IMG/VR virus record: IMGVR_UViG_3300027278_000003
DNA from: a virus
Taxonomy: Duplodnaviria > Caudoviricetes
DNA length: 64,000 nt
Direction: 5' to 3' (one strand)
Shown here: piece after piece, positions 11,101-21,091 of the stretch
How positions within the stretch are numbered: the stretch's first letter is position 1
Layout of the letters: each line of letters begins with the position of its first letter
Notes under the pieces: generated by a model
Seen by the model: the letters and a program-made list of their open reading frames with translations, nothing else
Database searches by the model: none
Told to the model about the DNA's origin: nothing
Program-made: the position numbers and the translations under genes

Positions 11101-12092
11101 ATCTTACGGATAAGCCAACACTACAAAATCTAAGTGCCGGTACTGGTATTCAAATCAATACAAACACAGTGTCATTGAGCGCAAATATTGGTGATCTACA
11201 GAATGTTTCAAACACCGCACCAACAACAGGCCAAGTTCTAAAATGGGATGGCGCACAGTGGGCTCCAGGTACAGATAATGCAGGCACTAGTGTTTCTACT
11301 ACTCTATTTGGTCTAACAGATACAAATATTTCAAGTATTGCAAACGATCAAATTCTAACATACAACACTGCATCAGGCCAGTGGAGAAACGTTGATCTAA
11401 CTGCACACCCAGATTATTTCAGTTCAAGTGACTTTGATACAGCATTCGCAGCGAAATCAGTTGCAGACCTAGGCGATGTTGATACTGCTGGCATTCAAAC
11501 TGGTCAGTTCTTACAATGGGATGGCACAAAGTTCGTTGCAGCAAGCGTTGCAGGTGGTGGCTCAGTTGATCTAACACAAGAAAGTATTAATGAACTAAGT
11601 GATGTTGACACTGCAACTAGCGCACCAGTTAATGGCGATGTTCTAACATGGAACTCAACATCAAGCAAGTGGCAACCAGCGGCGGCTCCTGCAGGTTCGG
11701 GTGGTACAGGTGCAAGTACAGAATACTTTAAGTTGAACTATGCAACTAACGGTGCATTAACAAGTATTACAAACGCAACAAGTGGCGTAAGTGCAACAAT
11801 TCTATCAACAACTGGCGGTGACGTTGAAATCACATTCTCAGGATACAATTTCCCACCATCAAACGTTCTGATTTATGGTTATGCGTATCAGTCAAATGAA
11901 TATGTTATCATGCCACTAAACAAAGACATTACAACACGTGTTGTTGCAGGTGGTGGTAGTGCAGGTAACCCAGTTGCATTTGGTAACTTCGGCAGCACAA
12001 CTATGACATTGAAATTACGCGAAGCAGATACAGGCGCGTCACGTTCGTTCGGCACAGCAACACACGCTTGGATCGTGTTCTCTATGATTTAA
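8151..12092 (+). CDS. Large tail-fibre-like structural protein with internal repeats
   Basis: 1313 aa, Gly/Thr/Ser-rich; repeated FSGDYNDLxNKP, VDLTNYYTKGEVD, LxDVD and GQVLKWxG motifs. Confidence 0.75.
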   Translation: MSINAQPFAPTFKLVGNLQQDQVLVFDVSENAFVNTTTGLGGGVALISDAQNLGTGHGIFESIAGSSMQFKSIIAGSNVNIVDNGVALVLNVDVTETVQTGTNVGTGTPVFKQLNVDNQLEFKSIAVGSGLTLADNGSTLTISLNATAGGVLVPSNNLSDLTDDAAARVNLSVYSKADSDAKFFKLDNHNIPSVDNRWDIGSPEKRFNDVYGETFHGTAIRAEELAISGQLGNVLMHNGTKWVASPDFAQKSYVDAQVAAAVSGGNIDLSGYVTDAELSAAIAGVTHPAADWNTLLNKPTLFDGQYSSLTGAIEGLSSDTGTNTLTLKAGWNLIPEADSLQSLGSPTNRFTNIYLDNSTISIGDNSLEADANGTPLWNSEALATRNYVDTAIANISTGGSVDLTNYYTKGEVDALIPTTFSGDYNDLINTPAIPSLAGYATQQWVIDQGFMTGDSDNQSLTLTGTVLSISNGNSVDLAAIDTNVDLTNYYTKGEVDGLIPTVFSGDYNDLTNTPSIPETLQDLTNVSNVAPADGQHLVYVASTGLWTPSASSTGSGTGYSDADARAAISGGTGLSYNSTTGVMALNAEIGQLTNVDTAGIQNGQVLKWNGSSFVPANDTVLTSTDQLPEGTTNKWWTDARFDSRFAAKSTSDLAEGTNLYFTDARVDARLATQLVAGTNITITNGAGGVRTISAATTDLSAYATTAYVDSAVFSGVYADLTGKPTLFSGDYNDLTNKPTLFDGAYTSLTGTPTIPADVSDLTDTQNLLGGSTYGDSDVLALNNGGLEHMIPSADVTYDLGSATYRWRDLYLSGNTIHIGDATLSKDADGLKYNGYDLQDFNNLKNKPDLSNLTDTNVNNVNRPVTYAALNTQLEPYITADELTAALAGVTLFSGDYNDLTNKPTIPADISDLTDITGLLGAATVDLTNYYTKGEVDALIPTVFSGDYNDLINKPTIPDVTGFATTTDVANAVANINTFSGSYNDLTDKPTLQNLSAGTGIQINTNTVSLSANIGDLQNVSNTAPTTGQVLKWDGAQWAPGTDNAGTSVSTTLFGLTDTNISSIANDQILTYNTASGQWRNVDLTAHPDYFSSSDFDTAFAAKSVADLGDVDTAGIQTGQFLQWDGTKFVAASVAGGGSVDLTQESINELSDVDTATSAPVNGDVLTWNSTSSKWQPAAAPAGSGGTGASTEYFKLNYATNGALTSITNATSGVSATILSTTGGDVEITFSGYNFPPSNVLIYGYAYQSNEYVIMPLNKDITTRVVAGGGSAGNPVAFGNFGSTTMTLKLREADTGASRSFGTATHAWIVFSMI
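9352..11110 (+). repeat. Dispersed intragenic DNA repeats in the fibre gene
   Basis: GATCTAACTAACTACTACACAAAAGGTGAAGT near 9356, 9603 and 10923, each followed by a TTC(T/A)GxGAyTACAAyGAT unit; further FSGDYNDL copies near 10330, 10825 and 11085. Confidence 0.8.
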
Positions 12093-12106
12093 TAAGGAAA
12101 TAAAGA

Positions 12107-14137
12107 ATGGCTAACTACAAAACCAGTGCAATTGATCTTAACGTCCCTGCCAAAGTTCTACCATGTAACGTTACAAAAGCAACAGCAGTAGCATTCTGGG
12201 ATTATGACGATGGCAAGGGTGACGCATGGTGGAGTGGTGGTTCTAACCCAAAAGCATATCGTTGGGAAATCGCTATGAACGTGACTACTGTAAATCACGG
12301 TTCACACTTAACTAGAACGCCAAACGTATTCAATGGGTATGACGTAGTTGTAGGTGATTTTATCGCTGGTGCAACTGATGGTCGTGCGCTACAGATTGTT
12401 TCAATCTCAGCAAAAACAGCATTTACAGTTACTTGCGAAGTTGAAGATAGACTACGCTACAACACATTTAGAAGTGCGTCTGGTTCTGGTATCTTTACTA
12501 TCCCAGGTGCTGGTGTTATTTTCCAACTTAACGAGAACGGCGACCCCATGCTTGATCCGCTTCCATCTGGTGTGGTTTCAGCAGACTTTTACGCAAACGT
12601 AAACTCACGCTTCAAATATCTAAACCCATCAAACAACTATCTACTAAGACAACCAAATCACGGTTTTGAAGAAGGTGATGTAATTTGTATCAATCCAGAT
12701 ACAAACGGTTTTGAAGTTTCATCACCGGATAATATTGACAGACTTGTTGGCACAGTAACACATCCAGGTCCGGGCCCAAACAACTTTCTACTACGTCCTG
12801 CAAACGGAGTAATTGACTTTGTTCCAGGTCTGCCAGGTGAAGTAGGCGATTTCATCTACCCAAGTGTTGACGGCTCAGGTGACCTGACACTAACAGACAC
12901 CGGCGTTGCTATTTTCTTGAAACTACTAGAAGCAGTACCTAGCGTTGTACGTGGCACAAAAACAAATGGTAAAGCAACAGCAGGTGATACTCTCGAAATA
13001 AACGATGTGAATGTCCAATTCACAACAAACACACTTGGTGATGTTACTGTTCAAAACGCAGTAACAGACATTAACCAAAAAACAAATCTACACAAAGTAG
13101 TAGCAGAAGCAAGTGCAGCGCCAAATGAAGTGAAATCAAATATTGCTACATACGGTTCTGCATATGGTCTAGTTGGCGGCTTCCCGCCATTCGCAGCAAC
13201 TATCAATGGTCAAACTGTAAACTTTAACACGACTACAGCAGGTAATGCACAATATGGCATGCCAGTTGCGGTAGCAGAAGATATGGCAAATGACATTATG
13301 CTTGCTGGTATTCCAAATCTAACTGCTTCACACGAAAATGGTGATTTAATACTAATTGAAACTAATGGCGGTGGTATCACAATCGCCAACGTTTCTAACG
13401 ATGCACAAGGTAACCCATTTGCAGGTATGAATTCAATTACATCATTGAATACATCATACGCAGGTGCAACTGGTGTTTATGTGCTTCAACTACGCAGAAA
13501 TGACGGCGGTGAAATCATTCTAAGAGACATTGTTGGTTCTGCGACAACAGACTTCGGTATCCTATCAGGACATAACGGCTCATACGCAGTTGGTCTAAAC
13601 GTAGAACAAGGTGTTCGCAAAGCGGGTACTGTAGTCGTACAAAACATTGCATCACGTGATGCACTACCGACTAAACTAGTGGGCGATAGTGCGTATGTGC
13701 TTAATACAGGTGAAGGTGAATGGGGTCTATACATTTGGGATGGATCCGATTGGACACTTGTAGCAACACAAGACAGTGCTGCAACAGACGCAAATTCACT
13801 TTCTTACACATTCACATGCCCGGTAGGCGGCTTTGGTACTGCTAAAACCGTTACATTAGGACGTATTAGTGACAATTCACGTGTAGTAAGTGTTCTTGTA
13901 GAAGTTCTAGGTCCAATTCAAGGTTATGCTAATGGCGTTCCTGCGCTTGAAGTAGGCACGGCGGCTGACCCTGACAGATTTATGTCAGAGGATGAAAACG
14001 ATCTAGAAGGTAACGGATCTTATACAACAACACCTGACTTCCATTATACTGGTTCAACAGAACTTGAAATCAAAGCAAATCTAAAACACTTTGGTGCAAC
14101 TTCTGGTGAAATTAAAGTCACTGTGACATATGTATAA
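12107..14137 (+). CDS. Putative virion structural protein
   Basis: 676 aa, AAGGA RBS, co-operonic with the fibre gene. Confidence 0.65.
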   Translation: MANYKTSAIDLNVPAKVLPCNVTKATAVAFWDYDDGKGDAWWSGGSNPKAYRWEIAMNVTTVNHGSHLTRTPNVFNGYDVVVGDFIAGATDGRALQIVSISAKTAFTVTCEVEDRLRYNTFRSASGSGIFTIPGAGVIFQLNENGDPMLDPLPSGVVSADFYANVNSRFKYLNPSNNYLLRQPNHGFEEGDVICINPDTNGFEVSSPDNIDRLVGTVTHPGPGPNNFLLRPANGVIDFVPGLPGEVGDFIYPSVDGSGDLTLTDTGVAIFLKLLEAVPSVVRGTKTNGKATAGDTLEINDVNVQFTTNTLGDVTVQNAVTDINQKTNLHKVVAEASAAPNEVKSNIATYGSAYGLVGGFPPFAATINGQTVNFNTTTAGNAQYGMPVAVAEDMANDIMLAGIPNLTASHENGDLILIETNGGGITIANVSNDAQGNPFAGMNSITSLNTSYAGATGVYVLQLRRNDGGEIILRDIVGSATTDFGILSGHNGSYAVGLNVEQGVRKAGTVVVQNIASRDALPTKLVGDSAYVLNTGEGEWGLYIWDGSDWTLVATQDSAATDANSLSYTFTCPVGGFGTAKTVTLGRISDNSRVVSVLVEVLGPIQGYANGVPALEVGTAADPDRFMSEDENDLEGNGSYTTTPDFHYTGSTELEIKANLKHFGATSGEIKVTVTYV

Positions 14138-14355
14138 TATCTGAATATTATCAACCCAACCAGTTGTATAAATACTTTTGTAGGGGATCTAACCCTACTA
14201 CTTCTTGATGTTTCTTCCAAGGAGTATATCTTCACTCAAAATTAAAGGAACAATCATTATAAAAATGATTAACCACTACCCATCCATTAAAACATGATGT
14301 TTAATGATGGGATAGTTACCTTTATTTACAAATGCTATTTTTAAGGAGAAACTAA

Positions 14356-17300
14356 ATGGCAGATATTAAAAACTTTGGTATCCGTGGTATTGGTGCTGAC
14401 GTACAGTTTGGTAAGTCAGGTGGTCGCGTAGTTTATGACTCAGGCAACTCACTTTTCAAAATCACAACTGACGGTACAACACTAGGTCACCTAAATGTTG
14501 CTACAACACCAACAGCGGACAACCACGCAGCTTCAAAAGCATACGTAGACTCAGTAGCATCAGGTCTTGATGTTAAGGATTCAGTACGTGCAGCTACAAC
14601 AGCTAACATCAACGTAGCAGAAGCACCATCAACAATTGACGGTGTTAACCTAGTTGCTGGTGATCGTGTTCTTCTAAAGGACCAAACAACAGCTTCACAA
14701 AACGGTATCTACGTATTCAACGGCGCAGCGGCAGCAATGACACGCGCAGTAGACATGGACGCAACAGGCGAGTTCGTTGGTGCATTCTTCTTCGTAGAAG
14801 AAGGTACTGTTAACTCAGACCAAGGCTTCGTAATGTCATCAAATGGTCCAATCGAAGTTGGCGCATCAGACATCGAATTCACAAAATTCACAGGTACAGG
14901 TCAGATCACAGCAGGTGATGCTCTATCAAAATCAGGCAACACACTAAACGTGAACGTAGACGGTACATATGTTAAGGTTGTAAACGATGCACTAACACTA
15001 AACGGTACTTCAACAACAGGTGAAGTTCTAAAGTCAAACGGTGCAGGCGGCGTTACATTTGGCGCGCTAGACCTAACAAACGCATCAGCAGTATCAGGTG
15101 CTCTACCACTAGCAAACGGTGGTCTAGGCGTTGATGCTTCACAAACAGCAGGTAAAGCAACAGCACGCACAAACCTAGGTCTAGGTTCAATCGCAACACA
15201 GGATGCTAACAACGTAGCAATCACTGGCGGTTCAATCGACATCTCAGGTGGTACTCTAACACTTGCAAACGACCAAATCTCAGGTGATAAGATTTCAGGT
15301 GGTACAATTGACTCAGCTAACATTCAGGGTGGCGCAGGCAAGACACTATCACAATTCGACATCACTGTAGGTGCTGGTAAAACACTAGACGTTGATGGCG
15401 TTCTAGACGTAGACGGCGCAGCTGGTTCAGCAATCGACAACGTAGTTATCGGTGGCACAACATCAGCAGCAGGTACATTCTCATCACTAACATCAGGTAA
15501 CGTAGACCTAAACGGTGGTAACATCGACGGCACAGTTATCGGTGCGGCAGTTGCAGCAAACGCAACATTCGTTGATGCTAACGTAACAGGTACACTATAC
15601 GTTGACACAATCGAAGCGTACACAACAGGTGGTGACATCACATTTAACTCACTAATCGTAACTACACAGGGTATCAACGTTGCAAACGCAGGTATCTCAG
15701 GTGCAGGTACAATCACAACAGGCGACATCAAAACAAACACAATCCTAGAAAAAACAGCAGGTAACGGTGTTGAGATTGATGGCGTTCTACTAAAAGACTC
15801 TGGCGTTACAGCAACAGGTGTGTCAACATTTGCAGACCTAACAGCTACAACAGCAGACATCAATGGTGGTGCAATCGACGGTACAGTTATTGGTGCAGCA
15901 GCATCAGCAGCAGGTACTTTCACAAACCTAACATCAGCTAACGTTGCAATCACAGGCGGCGCAATTTCAGGTACAAACGTTGATCTATCAGGTCAGGCGC
16001 TAACACTTGACAATGACGCAATCTCAGGCGACAAGATCGATGGTGGTCTAATTTCAAACTTCGCTTCAACAGGCATCGATGACAATGCTACTTCAACACA
16101 AGTAACAATCTCAGATGCAGAAGTTGCGTTTGGTGCAGACGTTTCAATCGCAGGTAACCTAACAGTTTCAGGCACACTAACATCTGTAAACACAACAAAC
16201 ACAGAAATCGCAGACAACTCAATCGTTCTAAACAAAGGCGAAACAGGTGCAGGCGTAACAGCAGGTACAGCAGGTATCGAAATCGACCGTGGTACAGCAG
16301 ATGCAGCAACATTCCAGTTCAATGAAACAACAGACACATTTGAATTCAAAGTTGGCGCAGTATATGCAGACCTAAAAGTTGCTAACCTAGCAATGGACGG
16401 TATCGAAGCAGATACAATCGGCTCACTATCAGGTGCAGGCATCACATTCACAGACGCAGTAGACGGCTCATCAGCAGACTTCTCAGGTTCAGTATCAGTA
16501 GATACAATCGCAGAACACACAGTAGGTGCTGGCGTAACAGTTGATGGCGTTGTTCTAAAGGATGGCGTTGTAACAGCAGGTCTAGTAGCAGAAACAGGTG
16601 ATACAGTAGACGTATCAGCAGCTACACTAGTACTAGCAGACGACCAGATTTCAGGTGACAAAGTTGAAGGTGGTACAATTAACTCAATCACAATCAACTC
16701 ACTAGTATCAGGTTCAGTAGACGTAAACGGCGGTGCGATTGATGGCACAGTAATCGGCGGCACAGCAAGTGCAGCAGGTACTTTCTCATCACTAGTATCA
16801 GGCAACGTTGACCTAAACGGCGGTGCAATGGATGGCGTTACAATTGGTGCAGCAGCATCAGCAGCAGCTACATTCACATCAATGACAGCGGATTCAGTTG
16901 ACGTTAACGGTGGTAACATCGACGGCGCAGTTATCGGCGCAGTTGCATCAGCAGCAGGTACATTCTCAACACTAAACTCAGCAAACGCTCAGATCACAGG
17001 TGGCGACATTTCAGGCGCAAACCTAACATCAGACGTTGTTGACCTAAACGGTGGTGCGATTGACGGTGTTGTTATCGGTGCATCAGTATCAGCAGCAGCA
17101 ACATTCTCAACAATGAATTCAAACAATGTTGATATCAATGGTGGTGCAATTGATGGTGCAATCATTGGTGCAAACGCATCAGCAGCGGGTACATTCTCAA
17201 CTCTAACATCAGCGAATGCAACTCTAACAGGTTCAATCGATGTGTCAGCAGGTACTCTAACACTAGCAAACGACCAAATCAACGGTGACAAAGTTCACGG

Positions 17301-19134
17301 TGGTACAATTTCATCAGCAAACCTAACTGGTTCAGCAAATGCAATGACAGGTTACGACATCACAGTAGGCGCAGGTCGCTCACTAGACGTAGCATCAGGT
17401 ACTCTAACACTAGCAGATAACCAAATCTCAGGTGACAAAGTACACGGTGGCGTGATTTCAAACTTCGCTTCAACAGGTATCGATGATAACGCAACAGCAA
17501 CAAAGATCACACTAACAGATACAGCGGCAACATTCGGTGTAGCTGGTGACTTCGGTGCAAACGCTCTAGACGCAGGTGCAGCAACACTAGCTTCACTATC
17601 AGTTTCAGGCGACGCGGTAATCTCAGGTAACCTAACAGTTTCAGGTGCAGTTACAACAACTCTATCAGAAACAGTTGCTATCGAAGATAACATCATCGTT
17701 CTAAACTCAAACGAAGTAGACGCAGCAACACTAAACGCTGGTTTCGAAGTTGAGCGTGGTACTCTAGCAAACGTTTCATTCCTATGGGACGAAGGTAACG
17801 ATGTTTGGACACTAGGTTCAGAAGGTCTAGTTGTAGGTGCAGTTGAAGCAGCTTCACTAACACTAACAACAGAACTAGCTCGCGTATATGGCGGTACAGG
17901 CACAGATACATCAGCATTCGCAGATGACTCAATCGCTCTAATGTCAGGCGCAGGCGTTGCAGAACTAGCAAAAGGTTCAAACAACTCAGTACTAAAAGTT
18001 AACGCATCAGGTGCTCTAGGCTACGGTAAAGTAGTTCTAACAGCAGACGTTGATGGTGTTCTACCAACAGCTAACGGTGGTACAGGTCTATCATCATACG
18101 GCTCAGCACACCAGCTACTAAAAGTTAACTCAGCAGGTACAGCACTAGAGTACGGTTATGCAACACAGCTACGTAACACATCGGGCGTTCTAGTACTAGA
18201 AGCATCAAACGCAGCTTCAGGTACAGCAGAATACCTAGATATCACAAACGCTAACGGTCGTGTAACTCTATCAGCTAAGAACGCATCAGGCACAGGCGCA
18301 GTAGATATGTATCTACAGGGTCAAAACGGTGGTGACGTATTCCTAGTTGGTCAGTCAGGCGAAGCTCTACTACAGGGTGAAGCAGACACAGACCTAACAG
18401 TTGCAGGTGGTGATTCAGTTGCAGGCCTAGGTGGTGATCTAATCCTAAAAGGCGGTAACGGTTCAGCTAACGGTGCATCAGGTTCAGTAATCATCAAGGG
18501 CGGCAACGGCGGCTCAGCAGATGGTAACGTACAGATCCTAGGTGCAGACGATACAGCAATCGCAACATTCGTTGAAACAGCAGCGGCAGCAGACAACTTC
18601 GTATTCACAAACGGTACAGGTGGTCTAGAACTAGCGGCAGCAGGTACATCAACAGATGTTAACCTAAACCTAGCACCAAAAGGCAACGGTCTACTACTAG
18701 CACCAGCTGGTTACGACATGTCAGCAGGCGCAGGCAACGCAATCGTAACAAAAGATTACGTTGACGCAGCGGCCGCTGGTTCAGTTGATATGGGTGTCCG
18801 TCGTGTAGCATTCGCTGCAAACGGCGCATCATCATTCACAATCGGTACAGTAGCAAACGTAGCAGGTAAAACATACTACGTAAACAAAGTTACTGTAAAG
18901 GTTACAAGTGCATTCGTAGGCGCAGACGAGCTAATCGTTACAGACGGTACAAACACACTAGTAGGTGCAAATGACGTTGATCTATCAGAAGGTGGTATCT
19001 ACGTAATGGACCTAGGTTACGAAAACGCAACAGCTGGCGGTTCAACACTAACAGCTAACATCCAGAACGGTGGTTCATCAGCAACACCAGCAACTGGTAA
19101 CGTAATCGTAACAGTTGAATTCAAGCAAATGTAA
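14356..19134 (+). CDS. Very large repetitive virion/fibre protein
   Basis: 1592 aa; AAGGAG RBS; VKDSVRAATT...GDRVLLKDQ...NGIY domain; many DxNGGxIDGxVIG repeats; extreme ACA/TCA/GCA/CTA codon bias. Confidence 0.75.
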   Translation: MADIKNFGIRGIGADVQFGKSGGRVVYDSGNSLFKITTDGTTLGHLNVATTPTADNHAASKAYVDSVASGLDVKDSVRAATTANINVAEAPSTIDGVNLVAGDRVLLKDQTTASQNGIYVFNGAAAAMTRAVDMDATGEFVGAFFFVEEGTVNSDQGFVMSSNGPIEVGASDIEFTKFTGTGQITAGDALSKSGNTLNVNVDGTYVKVVNDALTLNGTSTTGEVLKSNGAGGVTFGALDLTNASAVSGALPLANGGLGVDASQTAGKATARTNLGLGSIATQDANNVAITGGSIDISGGTLTLANDQISGDKISGGTIDSANIQGGAGKTLSQFDITVGAGKTLDVDGVLDVDGAAGSAIDNVVIGGTTSAAGTFSSLTSGNVDLNGGNIDGTVIGAAVAANATFVDANVTGTLYVDTIEAYTTGGDITFNSLIVTTQGINVANAGISGAGTITTGDIKTNTILEKTAGNGVEIDGVLLKDSGVTATGVSTFADLTATTADINGGAIDGTVIGAAASAAGTFTNLTSANVAITGGAISGTNVDLSGQALTLDNDAISGDKIDGGLISNFASTGIDDNATSTQVTISDAEVAFGADVSIAGNLTVSGTLTSVNTTNTEIADNSIVLNKGETGAGVTAGTAGIEIDRGTADAATFQFNETTDTFEFKVGAVYADLKVANLAMDGIEADTIGSLSGAGITFTDAVDGSSADFSGSVSVDTIAEHTVGAGVTVDGVVLKDGVVTAGLVAETGDTVDVSAATLVLADDQISGDKVEGGTINSITINSLVSGSVDVNGGAIDGTVIGGTASAAGTFSSLVSGNVDLNGGAMDGVTIGAAASAAATFTSMTADSVDVNGGNIDGAVIGAVASAAGTFSTLNSANAQITGGDISGANLTSDVVDLNGGAIDGVVIGASVSAAATFSTMNSNNVDINGGAIDGAIIGANASAAGTFSTLTSANATLTGSIDVSAGTLTLANDQINGDKVHGGTISSANLTGSANAMTGYDITVGAGRSLDVASGTLTLADNQISGDKVHGGVISNFASTGIDDNATATKITLTDTAATFGVAGDFGANALDAGAATLASLSVSGDAVISGNLTVSGAVTTTLSETVAIEDNIIVLNSNEVDAATLNAGFEVERGTLANVSFLWDEGNDVWTLGSEGLVVGAVEAASLTLTTELARVYGGTGTDTSAFADDSIALMSGAGVAELAKGSNNSVLKVNASGALGYGKVVLTADVDGVLPTANGGTGLSSYGSAHQLLKVNSAGTALEYGYATQLRNTSGVLVLEASNAASGTAEYLDITNANGRVTLSAKNASGTGAVDMYLQGQNGGDVFLVGQSGEALLQGEADTDLTVAGGDSVAGLGGDLILKGGNGSANGASGSVIIKGGNGGSADGNVQILGADDTAIATFVETAAAADNFVFTNGTGGLELAAAGTSTDVNLNLAPKGNGLLLAPAGYDMSAGAGNAIVTKDYVDAAAAGSVDMGVRRVAFAANGASSFTIGTVANVAGKTYYVNKVTVKVTSAFVGADELIVTDGTNTLVGANDVDLSEGGIYVMDLGYENATAGGSTLTANIQNGGSSATPATGNVIVTVEFKQM

Positions 19135-19177
19135 TCTTTGATTACACAAGTTTGATTTAACTTTGTGGTAACACAGG

Positions 19178-19210
19178 GAGGGGATTTCGAAAGAGGTCCC
19201 CTCTTTTTTT
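19178..19210 (+). terminator. Intrinsic terminator
   Basis: GAGGGGATTTC-GAAA-GAGGTCCCCTC followed by a T tract. Confidence 0.85.
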
Positions 19211-19336
19211 ATTGTACATTTCATTATAATATGATATAATGATAGAAATGATAAATAGATTATGTTAATACTTAACGACACAGCATCAAGACTGTGAATC
19301 ACCAATATAACAAGAACGTTGAGGACTGCGATAACA

Positions 19337-20140
19337 ATGGCTGTTACAATTAATGCTAAAGGTACTAGTGTACCTTATTTCAAGATAGGCAAATCTGGTG
19401 TAACTTTATACCAAGGTGCAACTGACCCGCATACTACCGATGGTTATGCGGTTCGCGCTAATGACATTTGGATAGACACTACAGATAAAACTCTGAAATT
19501 TAGAACTCCGTTATCGACATGGGAAGCATTATCAACTGTAAACGCACTTGCAGATTTAGAAGACGTTGATCTTACTGGTTTAGCAAATGGCTACGTATTA
19601 AAGTACAACGCGCTATCTCAACTTTGGGAACCATCACAAACAACCGGTGGTCTTGCAAGTGATTGGGGTTCAATCGCAGAAACTCCAATCGACTATGACG
19701 GATACACTGGGGATGTTTGGCAATTAGACACCGGGACAGGTGTTCTCTCGTATGCAAACACTGTTCAAATCGGTGGCAACTTGAACGTTTCCGGACATGC
19801 TACTATCTCAGGTAACTTGATATTCGGTGATGCATCAACCGACACAATCTCACTAACAGCGGATATTAATTCAAATCTAATCCCGCAAACTACAGCAACA
19901 TACGATTTTGGTAGTTCTACAAAGCAGTGGAATAATGCGTATATCTCAGGTACTATTGACAACAGCGCCAACACCGGTGCAATGCTTTTCCCAAGAGGAA
20001 CAACTGCACAACGCCCAAGTGAAGCGCAAGAAGGTATGGTACGTTTTAACTCAGAGACAAAACGATTTGAAGGTTACAACGGCAGTGAATGGATCAACAT
20101 CGATATTCCAGATGATTGGGGATCACTTCCTACAGTTTAA
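19337..20140 (+). CDS. Putative virion structural protein
   Basis: GAGGA RBS before ATG 19337; C-terminal FPRGTTAQRP...GMVRFNSETKRFEGYNG module typical of fibre-associated proteins. Confidence 0.65.
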   Translation: MAVTINAKGTSVPYFKIGKSGVTLYQGATDPHTTDGYAVRANDIWIDTTDKTLKFRTPLSTWEALSTVNALADLEDVDLTGLANGYVLKYNALSQLWEPSQTTGGLASDWGSIAETPIDYDGYTGDVWQLDTGTGVLSYANTVQIGGNLNVSGHATISGNLIFGDASTDTISLTADINSNLIPQTTATYDFGSSTKQWNNAYISGTIDNSANTGAMLFPRGTTAQRPSEAQEGMVRFNSETKRFEGYNGSEWINIDIPDDWGSLPTV

Positions 20141-20163
20141 TACAATAACATGTACATCGAATA

Positions 20164-20189
20164 GCCCGGCAGAAATGTCGGGTTTTTTT
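20164..20189 (+). terminator. Intrinsic terminator
   Basis: GCCCGGCA-GAAA-TGTCGGGT followed by a T tract. Confidence 0.8.
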
Positions 20190-20256
20190 GTTTCCACTTC
20201 ACTAAACTGCGAATTTAAAAGATAAATACAGTATGAGAGTTGTCAGGAGACATAAA

Positions 20257-20574
20257 ATGGATAAGCAAGAGCGATGGTGGTGGTATGCACCAGAGTACTT
20301 TAGTAGATGGCGTTTATTTCCAAGAGCGTTCATTTCTATGTACATCTATCTTTTGTATGATGTTGTTCAATGGTTTATGGCGTTGGAAACCCCAAACATG
20401 GAACAAGCAGGATTGGTGAGTGTTATTGTGGGTGCAGGTGCGGCTTGGTTCGGTCTGTATGTGAATTCAAGTTCAACAAAGTTTGAAACAGTTGAAGTCC
20501 CACCAGAAGATGTAAAAATGACGCAAGTACAATGGGAAGCAATGAACAATAGAGGCGCAGGCGAGAATGGCTAA
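20257..20574 (+). CDS. Small two-TM membrane protein (holin-like)
   Basis: AGGAG RBS before ATG 20257; two hydrophobic helices; late promoter at 20221. Confidence 0.45.
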   Translation: MDKQERWWWYAPEYFSRWRLFPRAFISMYIYLLYDVVQWFMALETPNMEQAGLVSVIVGAGAAWFGLYVNSSSTKFETVEVPPEDVKMTQVQWEAMNNRGAGENG

Positions 20575-21028
20575 AAACAGTTTCAAGTATTACATTCGTC
20601 TTTCAATGAAAGAAGAATTCTCAAAGCACGACATCAAAGGCATCATAACGGTCCTTAAAAGTGCAATTGCAAATATCTTTAAACCATTAGAAGATGGTAC
20701 TGCCGTGATTTATCGCGAAAAAGACACATTTCATGTGTATGATTTTAGTTTAAATCGCGCAGTGTCAGAAGCAGAAGCAGAAGTAATACTTGGACTATTA
20801 GAAGAATGGACAGATGCAGATTTCACTATGGAAGTCACAACTAGTGAAAAATACGATCTACCAGAAGGTGAAACAGAAATTGATTTATCAGCGATGAAAC
20901 ACAATCGTTGGGTATCAAAGCAAGTCGAAAATGGCTGGAGATATGGTCTACAGTTTAACGAAAATGACAAGACTGATCCAAAACTAAGACCGTATCACGA
21001 ATTAACAGAAAAATTAAAAAACACATAA
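20567..21028 (+). CDS. RyR-domain-containing protein
   Basis: C-terminal HNRWV..QVENGWRYG...KTDPKLRPYHEL matches the RyR repeat pattern. Confidence 0.7.
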   Translation: MAKNSFKYYIRLSMKEEFSKHDIKGIITVLKSAIANIFKPLEDGTAVIYREKDTFHVYDFSLNRAVSEAEAEVILGLLEEWTDADFTMEVTTSEKYDLPEGETEIDLSAMKHNRWVSKQVENGWRYGLQFNENDKTDPKLRPYHELTEKLKNT

Positions 21029-21091
21029 GATTGCACTTGACTTTGATACCATCATATAGTAGTATGATAGAGTATACATATAGGTAAAGGT

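Noticed and set aside
14709-18686. Long minus-strand ORFs opposite the virion genes (also elsewhere in the track)
   Set aside because: Antisense shadows caused by the sense-strand codon bias; no RBS, promoter or domain motifs.
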